From an uncultured Methanoregulaceae archaeon (GTDB lineage Archaea; Halobacteriota; Methanomicrobia; Methanomicrobiales; Methanospirillaceae), in contig CAWJAX010000003.1 in assembly GCA_963841015.1 (NCBI GenBank), positions 320,001 to 384,000 on the forward strand: a DNA stretch of 64,000 nucleotides, given 5' to 3'. The notes beneath the pieces were generated by a model that had not been told where the DNA came from, made no database searches, and worked only from the letters and a program-made list of their open reading frames with translations. A program made the translations under genes and the position numbers. Shown here piece after piece: positions 21,265 to 32,108 of this stretch (the stretch's first letter is position 1; every line of letters starts with the position of its first letter).

Positions 21265-23919
21265 TTACGATTCCTGCAGCCCCCGGACGAAGTGACCGGC
21301 AGTAATTCCTCCGACAGCAAGGCGTTTTACTGCATCTTTGAGGTATCTGAAATGAGGATCATGGGCAGGGACTCCTTTTTCTGTCAGCAGTATTGCTTCC
21401 TGATAAAGATGGATCATATCCATGGTATAGGTACCGGTCCTGCCGCGTGCATCAATAAGCACTTCGCTGATGCCAATCTGCATGAGTGACGGGAGATGGT
21501 CAATAAGGCAAATCTCTGCAGAGTTGTAAATGTGCGAGCGGCATTCACCATCGATGCGTACGGGGAACGTATGCCCGGATGCATCCATGATGCCAAAGAA
21601 CCCGGAGGTATCTGTATCAACCGCTTTTCTTTTACAAGGTAGCCAGGGCTGGAGAATACAGTTCTCTGAAACCATTGCTTCAACACTTCCCTGCACGATA
21701 AGGGCAAACGAAGGTAAGGAGCCCCCAGGCCGGGCTCCATGGATCAACAGCCGGATCTCATCACGCGATAATTCCGGGGAAAGAGTGACCGATCCAAAAC
21801 GGGAAGGAAGGTGCCGGACTGCTTCATGATTGAAAATATTGAGCCCAATCGATCCAAAAAGAACTGATGCCGGAAGACACTGCATGAGAGCTTGGGAAGT
21901 GCCCCAGTTTTCCACCATAACTTCGGCGATTTCCGGACTCAATGTCTGCGACAGGAGGGGAAGGACTGAATCCAGGTAGTTGTTGTCAGTGATCCGGGGA
22001 AATTTGAGCACAAAGCGGATACCTGCTTCACGGCATATCCGGGATGCAGTAATTGTCTGTGATGCAAACGAGGGAAATCCGGCAGGGATCCTGCAGTTGC
22101 CCCCTGATGGCGTGAATACGGGTTCAAAACAGATAAAATCGCATCCGGCCTCTGCTGCCTTCTCAACGGACAGGAGCGAGTCTGTACAGACACCGAGAAC
22201 CAGTGAAGATGAGGGCAGGAGCTCGCTGGTTTCTGGTGGGCGGATAATTACCTCCGGTTTTAAAACATTCCATCGCATCTGTGCCTCTTCAACGCATTCC
22301 TGATGAGGATGGGAATGTGCAATCATCATCTCTTCAGCCCGTGCAAGGAGTTCCCTCCGAACCCGGTTCAGTCCTGCAAGGGGGGTAAATAAATCACCGG
22401 AATACTCAAGGGAAAAATTCCGTATCGCAAACGGGGTCCCTCCGGTTTTTTTCAACTGCTGCTCCAGCTGCTCCCGGGTTAATGGATGAGAACGGGCAGG
22501 CACCAGGCAAAAATCAGGGTGGTATATCAGGGGTATTGATCTCCCTCTCCGGGTATGTATCAATCCTTCAACCACCAGATTACCTCCCTTATCAATCCTG
22601 AATTCGAGATCCACGGGAACAGGATGCCGTAACCCGACTGGCGGATGAGCAATTATCTGCCGTGCACGCATCTCAAGATCTGATGAAGAGGTAATGAAGA
22701 CTCCAGTACCAGGTGCAACCGGGTGCGGAACCCTGATTACAATTTTACCGGCTTTCTGCACGGGAACTGTATTGAGGGAAAAACCATATTCCTGACGGGG
22801 ATTTTTGGGATGAGTGAGGAGGAGCCCGTCACCAGGAGAAGGAATGAGAGATCTATCTGACCTGACGGTTATGGTTTTTGATTTTTCATCATACCGGCTC
22901 ACACAGCCGATGCAGATGCCCCGGTTGTCCGAAGCATCCGTTCCCATGATAGCTGCAGGGGATTTTTCAAAAAGATATCCTGAAGTAAAACCGCGGTTGA
23001 AGGCGAGTTGGAGATCCTGAAATGCCCCGGGATATTTGTACTCATTTCCCGCGGCAATTGCATCGAGAGCCCGCCGGTATGTAGAGACGACAATCGCAAC
23101 ATATTCCGGTGATTTCATACGACCTTCGATCTTCAGCGAGATGACCGGGGAGTTGGCGAGCTGGGGGAGGTTCTCATAGGTGCAGAGGTCTTTTGGGGAA
23201 AGCAGGTAACGCCCCGTGGAGGGAAGTTCGCGAAGACCTGTCGGCCGGCCATATACGTCGGTATCCCCGGCCAAAAGAGTGTAGGGTTTCCGGCACGGCT
23301 GGGCACACATGCCACGATTCCCGCTCCTTCCGCCGATCACTGATGAGAGCAGGCATTGACCGGAATAGCAATAACAGAGTGCCCCGTGAGCAAACACTTC
23401 AAGTCCGATGCCGGATTCACCGGTTTCCCGTGCTATACGCAGTATGTCGTTGAGCGAAAGCTCCCGGGCAAGAACGACCCGGGAAAAGCCCTGTTCCGCA
23501 GCCCATCGTACCCCTTCACTTGAATGAATTGTCAGCTGGGTTGAGCCATGAAGCGGCAGCAGGGGGACAATATCCCGGGCGAGTGCGGCAATTCCTGTAT
23601 CCTGCACAAGAACAGCATCAACACCGATCAAGTACAGCCAGATAAGATATTCAGCCACATCTGATAATTCCCTGTCGTGGATAAGGGTGTTTATCGTAAT
23701 ATAAACACTGATATCCTGTCGGTGGGCAAAGCTGACTGCCTCTTTTATCTCACCCTCGGTAAAATTCGTGGCAGATCTCCGGGCACCAAATCTCTTTCCA
23801 CTCAGGTAAACAGCATTCGCACCACCAGCGACAGCTGCCCGGAACGCTTCGGGTGACCCGGCAGGTGCGAGAAGCTCAGGGATCTCTTTTTCTTTCCGGA
23901 TGTGAGGAGAAAACGGCAT
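21265..23919 (-). CDS. Peptidase U32 family protein with DUF3656 (RlhA-like)
   Basis: ELLAPAG, LARELS, HGALC..YSGQC..S..IGGRSGNRG.CAQPCR, KIEGRMK and K.GGTPF. Confidence 0.88.
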   Translation of the reverse strand: MPFSPHIRKEKEIPELLAPAGSPEAFRAAVAGGANAVYLSGKRFGARRSATNFTEGEIKEAVSFAHRQDISVYITINTLIHDRELSDVAEYLIWLYLIGVDAVLVQDTGIAALARDIVPLLPLHGSTQLTIHSSEGVRWAAEQGFSRVVLARELSLNDILRIARETGESGIGLEVFAHGALCYCYSGQCLLSSVIGGRSGNRGMCAQPCRKPYTLLAGDTDVYGRPTGLRELPSTGRYLLSPKDLCTYENLPQLANSPVISLKIEGRMKSPEYVAIVVSTYRRALDAIAAGNEYKYPGAFQDLQLAFNRGFTSGYLFEKSPAAIMGTDASDNRGICIGCVSRYDEKSKTITVRSDRSLIPSPGDGLLLTHPKNPRQEYGFSLNTVPVQKAGKIVIRVPHPVAPGTGVFITSSSDLEMRARQIIAHPPVGLRHPVPVDLEFRIDKGGNLVVEGLIHTRRGRSIPLIYHPDFCLVPARSHPLTREQLEQQLKKTGGTPFAIRNFSLEYSGDLFTPLAGLNRVRRELLARAEEMMIAHSHPHQECVEEAQMRWNVLKPEVIIRPPETSELLPSSSLVLGVCTDSLLSVEKAAEAGCDFICFEPVFTPSGGNCRIPAGFPSFASQTITASRICREAGIRFVLKFPRITDNNYLDSVLPLLSQTLSPEIAEVMVENWGTSQALMQCLPASVLFGSIGLNIFNHEAVRHLPSRFGSVTLSPELSRDEIRLLIHGARPGGSLPSFALIVQGSVEAMVSENCILQPWLPCKRKAVDTDTSGFFGIMDASGHTFPVRIDGECRSHIYNSAEICLIDHLPSLMQIGISEVLIDARGRTGTYTMDMIHLYQEAILLTEKGVPAHDPHFRYLKDAVKRLAVGGITAGHFVRGLQES

Positions 23920-23935
23920 ACTTACTCCCGATTAT

Positions 23936-24469
23936 TTAAAAGACCAGGCTGAAAATTCCCATCGTTGCAAGAATCGTTACGATGGAGATAGTGATATATC
24001 CTGCCATTATCAGGAGGATTGATCGGGTTTTTTGCCACCCGACTACCCAGGATACCGGGGGACAGACATAAAATCCCAGGGTCATTACACCAGGTACAAG
24101 GCCATAGATACCATATTTTGTCAGGAAAGAGGATTGTTTTGCCCGGTCTGATGACTTTTTTAAGAACCGTGATACCCTTTCTGAATGCTCCCCCATGATA
24201 GCAAATATATCAAACAATACCAGGGTGACCCCCAGTGCAACGCAGACCAGTACATACAATACAAAAACCGGGTGCAGACCAAGCCCGAGACCAATCGGTG
24301 CCGCACCATATTCGATTATCAAGGTGCCGGTGATGAGCGCAAGGGTGGAGGGGATGGGGATAGATAAAAGGAATGCGGCCGCAAGAGGTAATACAACAAC
24401 CAGAACAAGAGCTTTTATGATTGCCCCCAGCAGGGGGACCAGATAATCGGGGATAGTTCCGGTCTCCAT
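23936..24469 (-). CDS. Small multi-TM membrane protein (small multidrug-export/COG2426-like)
   Basis: Hydrophobic with a KYG..G motif; paralogous to the N-terminal part of 54941-56348. Confidence 0.65.
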   Translation of the reverse strand: METGTIPDYLVPLLGAIIKALVLVVVLPLAAAFLLSIPIPSTLALITGTLIIEYGAAPIGLGLGLHPVFVLYVLVCVALGVTLVLFDIFAIMGEHSERVSRFLKKSSDRAKQSSFLTKYGIYGLVPGVMTLGFYVCPPVSWVVGWQKTRSILLIMAGYITISIVTILATMGIFSLVF

Positions 24470-24606
24470 ATCAGTAACAGGAGTATCGTCACCGTGAGAT
24501 AAACAGGTATCTTTAAAGGATAACGGAGGGACGGGAAAGAGGTTGAAACAGATCGGTTTTTTCCTGCATGGTTCCAGTTTTTAAGGTCTGGAGAATTCAT
24601 TTTCTA

Positions 24607-24793
24607 TTGATATGAAATTCAGGATGCTGGTACGAATGAAGGAGGGGACATGAGCCTGTCCCCACATGCCACCCCTGTGGTGAGCGATGATGACGTAGCA
24701 CCTGTTCGGGGGATTATCGCATCGGGGGAGTCATAACAGCGGGGGTGAAATCCCCTTCCAGCGTTTAGCTTGGAATTGAGCATTTCTCCAGAG
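24607..24793 (+). repeat. Intergenic repeat module A, copy 3
   Basis: Full-length match to copies 1 and 4. Confidence 0.9.
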
Positions 24794-24805
24794 CACATTT
24801 CCGAT

Positions 24806-24995
24806 AAAAATTGAACTATTCAGTTATAGTACGAGATTTTTTTTCATGCTCCTCCCTTTACGAGGAACGCCACCGCCCCGCAAGCGGTCGCCCTGCGGCG
24901 GATCAGGAACAAACAATTTAAAAAAAACCTGCCCGATGTGCCACAGAGAGGCCCTGAGCCGGAGTTCCATCGTATACAATACGATTTTCATGGTT
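24806..24995 (-). repeat. Intergenic repeat module B (full, inverted)
   Basis: The reverse complement aligns end to end with 57558-57750. Confidence 0.85.
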
Positions 24996-25096
24996 CCGGA
25001 GTGACCCTCAGAGAATCAGATCTGTTTCTCCAGACTCGTTTTTTATAAGGACCAGAGCGGTTCTTTTTTTACACCACAAACCAAGAGAGAGTAACA

Positions 25097-25735
25097 ATGA
25101 AGATCATTGCAGCGCTCACGGACCCACTCGATGCCTCCCGGGCGCAGGATCAGGGTGCCGATATGGTCGAACTCCGGTTCGACTTAATGGCAGGAGACCC
25201 GTTCAACCTTGTCCGGACATGTAAAGACGTATGCTCCTTACCCGTCATTGCTACAATCCGTTCTGCGCAGGAGGGCGGACAGTTTTTCGGCGACGCTACA
25301 GAATGGTTTGAGAAGATCCGGCCGGTCATCCCGCTTGTTGATTATATTGATGTTGAGCAGCGGTTTGCATCCAGGGCTCTTGATATAAAAGAAGCCGGAA
25401 AACAGATCATTGCCTCGTACCATACAGGGCAGATGATGCCCCTCCATGACCTGTTCAGGCTTGAGCGTGATCTCAAGGTGTTTGGTGATATTGTAAAAAT
25501 CATTGTTACTCCTCAGAATGAAGAGGATATTATCGAGCTGATCGCTTTTACTCATGCGGTAAAAAAACCTGCCTGTACGGGAGTGATGGGAGCGCAGTTC
25601 CGGTACGCCCGTGCCATCCTTCCCCTGTTTGGTTCAGAACTTGTCTATTGTCATACCGGGAACCGGACTGCAGAAGGGCAGTATTCAGTGCAGGAATTTA
25701 TTGCCCTGGTAAAATTGCTGACAAGCGGAACGTAA
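25097..25735 (+). CDS. aroD: Type I 3-dehydroquinate dehydratase
   Basis: ELRFD, ATIRS..EGG, DVE, SYH, IVK, MG...R and TAEGQ. Confidence 0.9.
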   Translation: MKIIAALTDPLDASRAQDQGADMVELRFDLMAGDPFNLVRTCKDVCSLPVIATIRSAQEGGQFFGDATEWFEKIRPVIPLVDYIDVEQRFASRALDIKEAGKQIIASYHTGQMMPLHDLFRLERDLKVFGDIVKIIVTPQNEEDIIELIAFTHAVKKPACTGVMGAQFRYARAILPLFGSELVYCHTGNRTAEGQYSVQEFIALVKLLTSGT

Positions 25736-25871
25736 TGTTTACTTAAAAAGCCGGTAAAATTATTGGTATATCTCATTCTATACCGGCATTTTATGCAAAC
25801 AATATTGCTTGAGAGATTTTCCTTTCCGGCATGAAACAAATCAATTCACGCCCGTTTCTTAAAGACACCTT

Positions 25872-26858
25872 TTATTGATACTTGACCTGTTCCAGCCAGC
25901 AATCCATCAGCACAAGTGCGAGCATTGCCTCGGCCACAGGTACAATGCGGGGGACAATGCAGGGGTCGTGTCTCCCGCCAACGGATAGTTCAACGACATT
26001 ACCGTGAATGTCCCGGGTCTGCTGAACCTTTGCAATCGAGGATGTCGGTTTTACCGCTATGCGAACGACAATTTCCTGTCCTGAAGAGATGCCCCCGAGA
26101 ATGCCACCGGCATTGTTGCTGAGAAACCCTTCACGGGTCATCTGATCGTTGTTCTCACTTCCAAATCTTCCGGCTACTCCAAATCCATCACCAATCTCGA
26201 CCCCCTTGACTGCACCTATTCCCATCATGGCTCCGGCAATAAGCGCGTCCAGTTTGCCAAAGACCGGGTCGCCAAGGCCCGGAGGGCATCCGTCAGCAGT
26301 AATCTCAACGATACCCCCGACTGAATCGCCCATCTCTTTTGCAGACATTATTTCCTGTTCGAATTCACCAGGTTTTGTTTTTCCATGGATTTTCAGAATT
26401 TTACCGGTTATGGTGATGCCATGTTCTGCAAGGTACGTTACTGCAACGGCCCCCGCAGCAACTCTCCCCAGGGTCTCGCGTCCGGAACTCCTTCCCCCTC
26501 CACGGTAATCATGGATACCGTACTTTTCCCGGTAGGTGAAATCCGCGTGGCCTGGCCGGAATTTTTCACGAATTTCATCATATTCCTTCGATTTCTGATT
26601 TATATTTCGAACCATCAGTGCAATCGGCGCGCCTGTAGTTGTACCTTCAAAAATCCCGGAGAGTATCTCTACCCGGTCCATCTCATCCCGGGAAGAGGTG
26701 AGAGGGGATGTACCCGGGCGCCGCCGGTCAAGCATCGGTTGTATATCCTGTACTTTCAGTTTCATCCCTGCCGGGCAACCATCGATGATAACCCCGACAG
26801 CGGCACCGTGACTCTCACCAAAGCTGGTAATCCGGAAATTTCTGCCAAACGAATTCAT
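25872..26858 (-). CDS. aroC: Chorismate synthase
   Basis: GESHG, RPGHAD, GGGRSSGRET, KPTSSI and GRHDPC. Confidence 0.96.
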   Translation of the reverse strand: MNSFGRNFRITSFGESHGAAVGVIIDGCPAGMKLKVQDIQPMLDRRRPGTSPLTSSRDEMDRVEILSGIFEGTTTGAPIALMVRNINQKSKEYDEIREKFRPGHADFTYREKYGIHDYRGGGRSSGRETLGRVAAGAVAVTYLAEHGITITGKILKIHGKTKPGEFEQEIMSAKEMGDSVGGIVEITADGCPPGLGDPVFGKLDALIAGAMMGIGAVKGVEIGDGFGVAGRFGSENNDQMTREGFLSNNAGGILGGISSGQEIVVRIAVKPTSSIAKVQQTRDIHGNVVELSVGGRHDPCIVPRIVPVAEAMLALVLMDCWLEQVKYQ

Positions 26859-28246
26859 AGGACCAGTTCCCTCACTTTCTCCACCGGGACATCTATACCG
26901 AAGAACAGGTAGAACTGCTCCCGTGCCTGTTCGATGAACATTTCAACACCGGTAATAGTCCGGCACCCCTGTGCCCGTGCGGCTTCGATCAGTGGTGTTA
27001 CCGGGGGGGTATACACCAGATCGAACACAGTCATGTCTTTATGCAGCTGATCCATTCTTAAAGGATTTCGGGTATCCGGTTGCATGCCAAGCGGAGTGGC
27101 ATTCACCACAAGCTCCGGTTTGATCCTGTCAAATTCGTCCCAGCTGCCCCACCGGCACCCGAACCGTTCAGCAAGTTTTTTTGCGTTTTCCGTTGTCCGG
27201 TTCAAAATCGTCACATCCATATCAAGATCAGTAAGTGCATATGCTGCACCTGCCGCAACACCTCCGGCACCAAGAAGCACAGCCTTTGCCCCTTTCATCG
27301 GGACAAGAGGCTTACGTACCCCGAGCCAGTCCGTGTTATACCCGATGGTTGTCCCGCACGCAAACACAACGGTATTCACTGCGCCAATCTCCTGTGCTGC
27401 GTGTTCATCGATCTCGTCGAGGTATTCTATCACCTCATGTTTGAACGGGATGGTGACAGACAGGCCTTTCGCATCAATCATTTTCGCAACGTTCATGATC
27501 TCGTCCAGTTCAGGATCCTCAAACCAGGTATAATGGCAATCAAGGTGATAGAAATCAAAGAGTGCATTGAAGAGCTTCGGACTCCTGCTGTGAGCACACG
27601 GGTAGCCGGCAACCCCCAAAATCCGGGTGCGGGGGTTACGATCCGGCCCGGTGAGGATATCTTCAAGTTTTTTCAAGGGATTGGAGGGGAGCCGACCGGT
27701 TTTGAAAAATGCCAATGCACTATTCCGCTGGCTCTCAGTCGGAACCCCGGTCTGCAGGAGTGCAAGAATTTTTTCGCCAGCCAGAGTTGGTGAAGTATCG
27801 CTGGTATCCATACAGAAATCTGCGGAGGCATAATAATTCCACCGGCGGCGATCCATCATCGCAGCAATTTCTTCATGCAGGGTGAGACTGGTAAGAGGGG
27901 GTCTTGGTTTTGTTATTAATCGTTTTTCGATCGTATCCAAATCAGCAAACAGGAGCACTACCGTGCTGTCACGGCGGAGGCGTTCCATGTTTTTTGGATC
28001 ACATATAACACCACCTCCCGTGCTTACGATTACATCCGCTGCGGGAAGTGACGCGATAACCTCGCGTTCAATGCTGCGGAACCGTTCTTCTCCGTCATCA
28101 TGGAAAATATCAGGTATTGACCGTCCGGTCATTGTCTCAATGAGATCATCGGTGTCAATCAAAGGAACATTCAGCCTTGAGGCAAGGATCTTTCCTATTT
28201 CGGTTTTTCCGGTCCCGCGAAAACCGGTCAATACAATCCTTCTCAT
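26855..28246 (-). CDS. aroE: Shikimate kinase (bacterial AroK-type) / shikimate dehydrogenase fusion
   Basis: N-terminal GFRGTGKT, GEERFR.IE and STGGG; C-terminal HSRSP, VTIPFK, GAVNT, NTD, GAGG and NATPLG. Confidence 0.9.
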   Translation of the reverse strand: MRRIVLTGFRGTGKTEIGKILASRLNVPLIDTDDLIETMTGRSIPDIFHDDGEERFRSIEREVIASLPAADVIVSTGGGVICDPKNMERLRRDSTVVLLFADLDTIEKRLITKPRPPLTSLTLHEEIAAMMDRRRWNYYASADFCMDTSDTSPTLAGEKILALLQTGVPTESQRNSALAFFKTGRLPSNPLKKLEDILTGPDRNPRTRILGVAGYPCAHSRSPKLFNALFDFYHLDCHYTWFEDPELDEIMNVAKMIDAKGLSVTIPFKHEVIEYLDEIDEHAAQEIGAVNTVVFACGTTIGYNTDWLGVRKPLVPMKGAKAVLLGAGGVAAGAAYALTDLDMDVTILNRTTENAKKLAERFGCRWGSWDEFDRIKPELVVNATPLGMQPDTRNPLRMDQLHKDMTVFDLVYTPPVTPLIEAARAQGCRTITGVEMFIEQAREQFYLFFGIDVPVEKVRELVL

Positions 28247-29508
28247 TTCATAACTCCGGCAAGTATATCCCAGAATCCCGGGAATGACTTGCTCACGCAA
28301 TCAGCATCCGTGATGGTAATTCCTCCAATGCCCAGACCAAGCACCGCAAAGCTCATCGCTGTCCGGTGGTCATTATCGGGGTTAATAATCCCACCATGAA
28401 GAGGAGTCGGGCAGATTGTTATTCGATCATCTTCTGCCAGAACGTTCCCCCCAAGCGCCTGCAATCGTTCTGCAGTACCTGAGATACGGTCACTTTCCTT
28501 GAACTTTAAATGGCCGATACCGGTGATTGCTGTGGGTGTTTTTGCCATGGCTGCAACCATGCAGAGGGTCTGGACGGTATCCGGCGATGAAGACATATCA
28601 AACGTGATACCCCGGAGATCTCCGCACCTCTCAACAGTCACTGCATTCCCTGAACAGGTCACTGTACATCCCATTAACCTGAGCGCATCAAGAAACCTGC
28701 GGTCACCCTGAACGGAATCAGGAATGAGATTTTTTACCGTCACCCTGCCCCCACAGATTGCCGCAATGGCAAAAAAATACGATGATGACGAGTAATCACC
28801 TTCAATAATATATGTCCTGCCCACATACTGTCTGCGATTACTGACACAAAACCGCACATACTCATCCCGCGTGACGTGCGCACCAAATACCTGCATAACC
28901 TCAAGAGTGATATCCAGGTAGGACTGTGATGCGGGAGGTGACGGGATCACGACTTCAACTTCGGTTTCTGCATAGGGTGCGGCGATGAGCAGTGAGGTAA
29001 TGAACTGGCTGCTGATCGTTCCGTCAACGAGAACCCTGCCCCCCTTGAGATGACCGCTTACTTTCAGCGGAGGATATCCCTCATTTTTTAAAAAATCAAT
29101 AGTTCCCCCAAGGCTAAGAAGCGCCTGTGCAAGCGGGCCGACAGGGCGTTCCTGCATTCGCTGGCTGCCCGTAAGTATCACCGGATGCCTGCAAAGAAGG
29201 GCAAGAGAGGTGAGCAGGCGAAGGCTTGTTCCTGAGTTATCAAGATCGAGAAGGGTTGTATCACGGGTGGGAAATCTGCCGCTGCATCCCTCAATAATTA
29301 TCTGGTCCGGATGTACCGTTATGGACACTCCCAGTAGTCTCAGGGCATGTAGGGTGAGCCGGGTGTCTTGTGCAAAGAGCGGCTGCAGGAGCGTTGTTGT
29401 ACCGCTCCCCAGTGCCCCGATAATAAGAGCCCGGTGCGTGTAACTCTTTGATGGTGGCGCTGTAACCACCAGATCCACGCTCCCGGTGCGGGGAGGCTTA
29501 ACTATCAT
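28243..29508 (-). CDS. aroA: EPSP synthase
   Basis: PPSKSYTHRA, NSGTSLR, SSQF, KESDR and DHR.AM. Confidence 0.95.
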   Translation of the reverse strand: MIVKPPRTGSVDLVVTAPPSKSYTHRALIIGALGSGTTTLLQPLFAQDTRLTLHALRLLGVSITVHPDQIIIEGCSGRFPTRDTTLLDLDNSGTSLRLLTSLALLCRHPVILTGSQRMQERPVGPLAQALLSLGGTIDFLKNEGYPPLKVSGHLKGGRVLVDGTISSQFITSLLIAAPYAETEVEVVIPSPPASQSYLDITLEVMQVFGAHVTRDEYVRFCVSNRRQYVGRTYIIEGDYSSSSYFFAIAAICGGRVTVKNLIPDSVQGDRRFLDALRLMGCTVTCSGNAVTVERCGDLRGITFDMSSSPDTVQTLCMVAAMAKTPTAITGIGHLKFKESDRISGTAERLQALGGNVLAEDDRITICPTPLHGGIINPDNDHRTAMSFAVLGLGIGGITITDADCVSKSFPGFWDILAGVMK

Positions 29509-30296
29509 GGCGGGACTCCGATGTTCCGGTAGCAGCCCAGCTCCTTTACCGTAGAAATGGATTTAAGTTCATCAAGTGCCTCGCAGGTATCCGTTGTCCA
29601 GGCATAATCCAGAAAGAACACATAATTCCCCATACCTCTTTTTGACGGACGCGATTCGATCCTGGTGAGATTAATCTCCCGCCGGGCAAAGACTCCCAGA
29701 AGATCATGAAGAAGACCGGCACGATCGATGGTGGGGTCAATAACAATACTGCATTTTTGTGCACCGGTTTTTTGTGAAGCAGCGCGTGAAATGCGTACAA
29801 ACCGGGTTGTATTGGATGCATTGTTCTCAATGTTGGAGACGAGGACAGGCATTTTGTAATAGGATGCAGCGGATGCAGAGAGTATCGCACCCGCGTTGGG
29901 GGTTTTTTTTGCTTCTAGGGCACTGGATGCATTGCTGCTGGTATGGATAACGGGAAGTGCCCATTTTTCAAGATGCCCGCTGCACTGCTCATGGGTCTGG
30001 GGGTGTGCATAAATAACCCGCATCCGTGAAAACGGAACCAGGGAAGCGAGATGGTGGTGAATAGGCATGTACATCTCTGCGGTAATGAAAACAGGGAACC
30101 GTAATAATCCATCAAGTGTTTCGCCGACTCCTCCCGCTTCTGAATTCTCAATTGGTACTATTCCATCCCCTTCCCCTCTGGCTACTGCCGAGAAGATGCC
30201 GTGAATAGTTGCTGCCAGACGCACAGACTGACATCCCATCTTCAGGGCAAGTTCATGAGAGAACGTCCCTTCAGGCCCCAGCGTGATTATCGTCAT
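29505..30296 (-). CDS. pheA: Prephenate dehydratase with ACT domain
   Basis: LGPEGTFS, PIENS, NTTRF and INLTRIESRP. Confidence 0.92.
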   Translation of the reverse strand: MTIITLGPEGTFSHELALKMGCQSVRLAATIHGIFSAVARGEGDGIVPIENSEAGGVGETLDGLLRFPVFITAEMYMPIHHHLASLVPFSRMRVIYAHPQTHEQCSGHLEKWALPVIHTSSNASSALEAKKTPNAGAILSASAASYYKMPVLVSNIENNASNTTRFVRISRAASQKTGAQKCSIVIDPTIDRAGLLHDLLGVFARREINLTRIESRPSKRGMGNYVFFLDYAWTTDTCEALDELKSISTVKELGCYRNIGVPP

Positions 30297-31118
30297 CGGT
30301 TCACCATACATTCTATCAGGGCATCGGTCATTTTCATGGCTTCATCGCAATAGGTGCCGAGATGCCGGGTGTTTTGAAGGAAGAATTCCCGGAATAGTTC
30401 AGGATCCTCTGAATCCACAATCCTGCGGAGATTCTCTGCTGATGAAGTACATATCGACAGCACCTCCGGCACAAAAGGATTCTGCTGAAGAATATCTGCG
30501 TAGAGGGACGGATCCTGCGACAATAATCTTCCGACAAGGGAGAGTTCAATATGGTAGACCGGGCTGGTGAATGCCCGTGTTGTTTCGATATCGATTCCCA
30601 GCCGCCTTACTGAATCAGCCATGCAGAGCGTGACGAAATGGGTGAGACCCTGTACTACCGCCATCATCCGGTCGTGCTGTTCGGGCGTTGCGACAGTGCA
30701 TTGTGCCCCTTCACATCGGAAAATGGACAGGAGGGATTCGACCGTTTTCTCATCGGCACGGGCTGGACAGACGATAATTGTCTGTTGCCGGAGTGATTGT
30801 ACCGTTGGCCCGAACAGCGGGTGTAACCCGATCACACGGGCTTTTGAATTGAGCATGGCAGCTATCGGGTACTGCTTTGAGCGAGGTGAAATCACAGAGA
30901 ATCTGATCTTTTTTAAGAACCGGTGAAATCTCATTAATAACCCGGACAGTATCATGAATTGGAACTGATACGATGACAAGATCACATTGTTTTGCCAGTT
31001 CTGTATTTGTCAGAAGGGTTGACCTCCCAGAAACCACTACCTCATACCCCGCACGTTCAAAAACCGGGATGAAGAGCCTGCCCATTTTTCCGGTCCCACC
31101 AATAATTCCTGCCTTCAT
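30293..31118 (-). CDS. tyrA: Prephenate dehydrogenase, +1 frameshift near 30867
   Basis: IIGGTGKMG...DFTSLK joins HPLFGP...HDRMMAVVQGLTH when one G is removed from the GGG at 30867-30869. Confidence 0.9.
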
Positions 31119-31121
31119 GTA

Positions 31122-32108
31122 TCACTTCTCACGAATGGTCTCTTTGACTGCCATGCCAAAATGCCTGCCGCCATCAAGGGTGCAGCCCATGATGGTGTCG
31201 CCCTTCTGGAGGTTCACTACAGAGATGGCTTTCCCGTCCTCTCCGACAAGCCGGATAGTCTCCGCATTCTGGAGGATAAGGCTGACCTTTGCCTTTCCGG
31301 CTTCAGCCTCAACCAGCAGCAGGGGCCGGCGCTCGATCTTGGTCCTGCCGATGATGGCGGTATGAGATGTTCCCTTCCCATCAGTGACCAGCACCTGGCC
31401 GCCTATGGCAAGGTCCGACAGGTACGCGGTCTTCCCATCCGGCAGGAGAATGTAGGCATGGACTGCCCCTGCATTCACCCGGAACGGGCGGGGTGCAACG
31501 TACGGGTTCTCCAGCGTCTCGGCATGGACGAGCAGCATGGCTGACGAGGTGTTACCCATCAGCATGCCTTCGCCATCGCTGAGCAGGGAGCAGGTATCAA
31601 CGCAGACCCGGTCGCCCATCCCGACCGGGTGGATCTTCGTCACCTTAAAGGGAACGAGACCTACCTTACCTTGGGGTGATTTCAGGATTGAAGCAACGGA
31701 TTTCACCATGGCCGGACTGTCAGTTTTCAGGAGGATGCCATGCGTTCCTTTCTCAAGCACGTGGAGTGCCATCCGGGTATCATTCTCATCTCTGACCAGC
31801 GCAATGATCTTATCGGACTGCGCCACAAGATTCTCGAGCGGGATGACCGTCCAGTCACTTGTCGCAACGATGACGAGCGTGTGCTTTCCCAATTCGGCTG
31901 CCTTGTTCTCGCTTGCCTTATCCGTGATCGTGCATTCAATCACATCTTTTCCGGACCTGATGTCCCCGTCGGGGGCAACGGTGGTGATGCGCCCGAGCCT
32001 GCGGACGTCCTCTGCCCGGTCAACGACCAGCGCATCCGCTCCGCTCTCGATTGCCGTTGTGGCAATCTCCTTGTTCCATGGCCTGATATCGACCCAGAAC
32101 TGTTTCAT
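31122..32108 (-). CDS. 3-dehydroquinate synthase II (archaeal AroB')
   Basis: W.VIPLEN, GDRVCVDTC, RPFRVNAG.VHAY, LQNAET and GRHFG. Confidence 0.93.
   Translation of the reverse strand: MKQFWVDIRPWNKEIATTAIESGADALVVDRAEDVRRLGRITTVAPDGDIRSGKDVIECTITDKASENKAAELGKHTLVIVATSDWTVIPLENLVAQSDKIIALVRDENDTRMALHVLEKGTHGILLKTDSPAMVKSVASILKSPQGKVGLVPFKVTKIHPVGMGDRVCVDTCSLLSDGEGMLMGNTSSAMLLVHAETLENPYVAPRPFRVNAGAVHAYILLPDGKTAYLSDLAIGGQVLVTDGKGTSHTAIIGRTKIERRPLLLVEAEAGKAKVSLILQNAETIRLVGEDGKAISVVNLQKGDTIMGCTLDGGRHFGMAVKETIREK

Noticed and set aside
30860-30875. Programmed frameshift in tyrA
   Set aside because: No slippery heptamer or stimulatory structure, and similar indels occur throughout the window.
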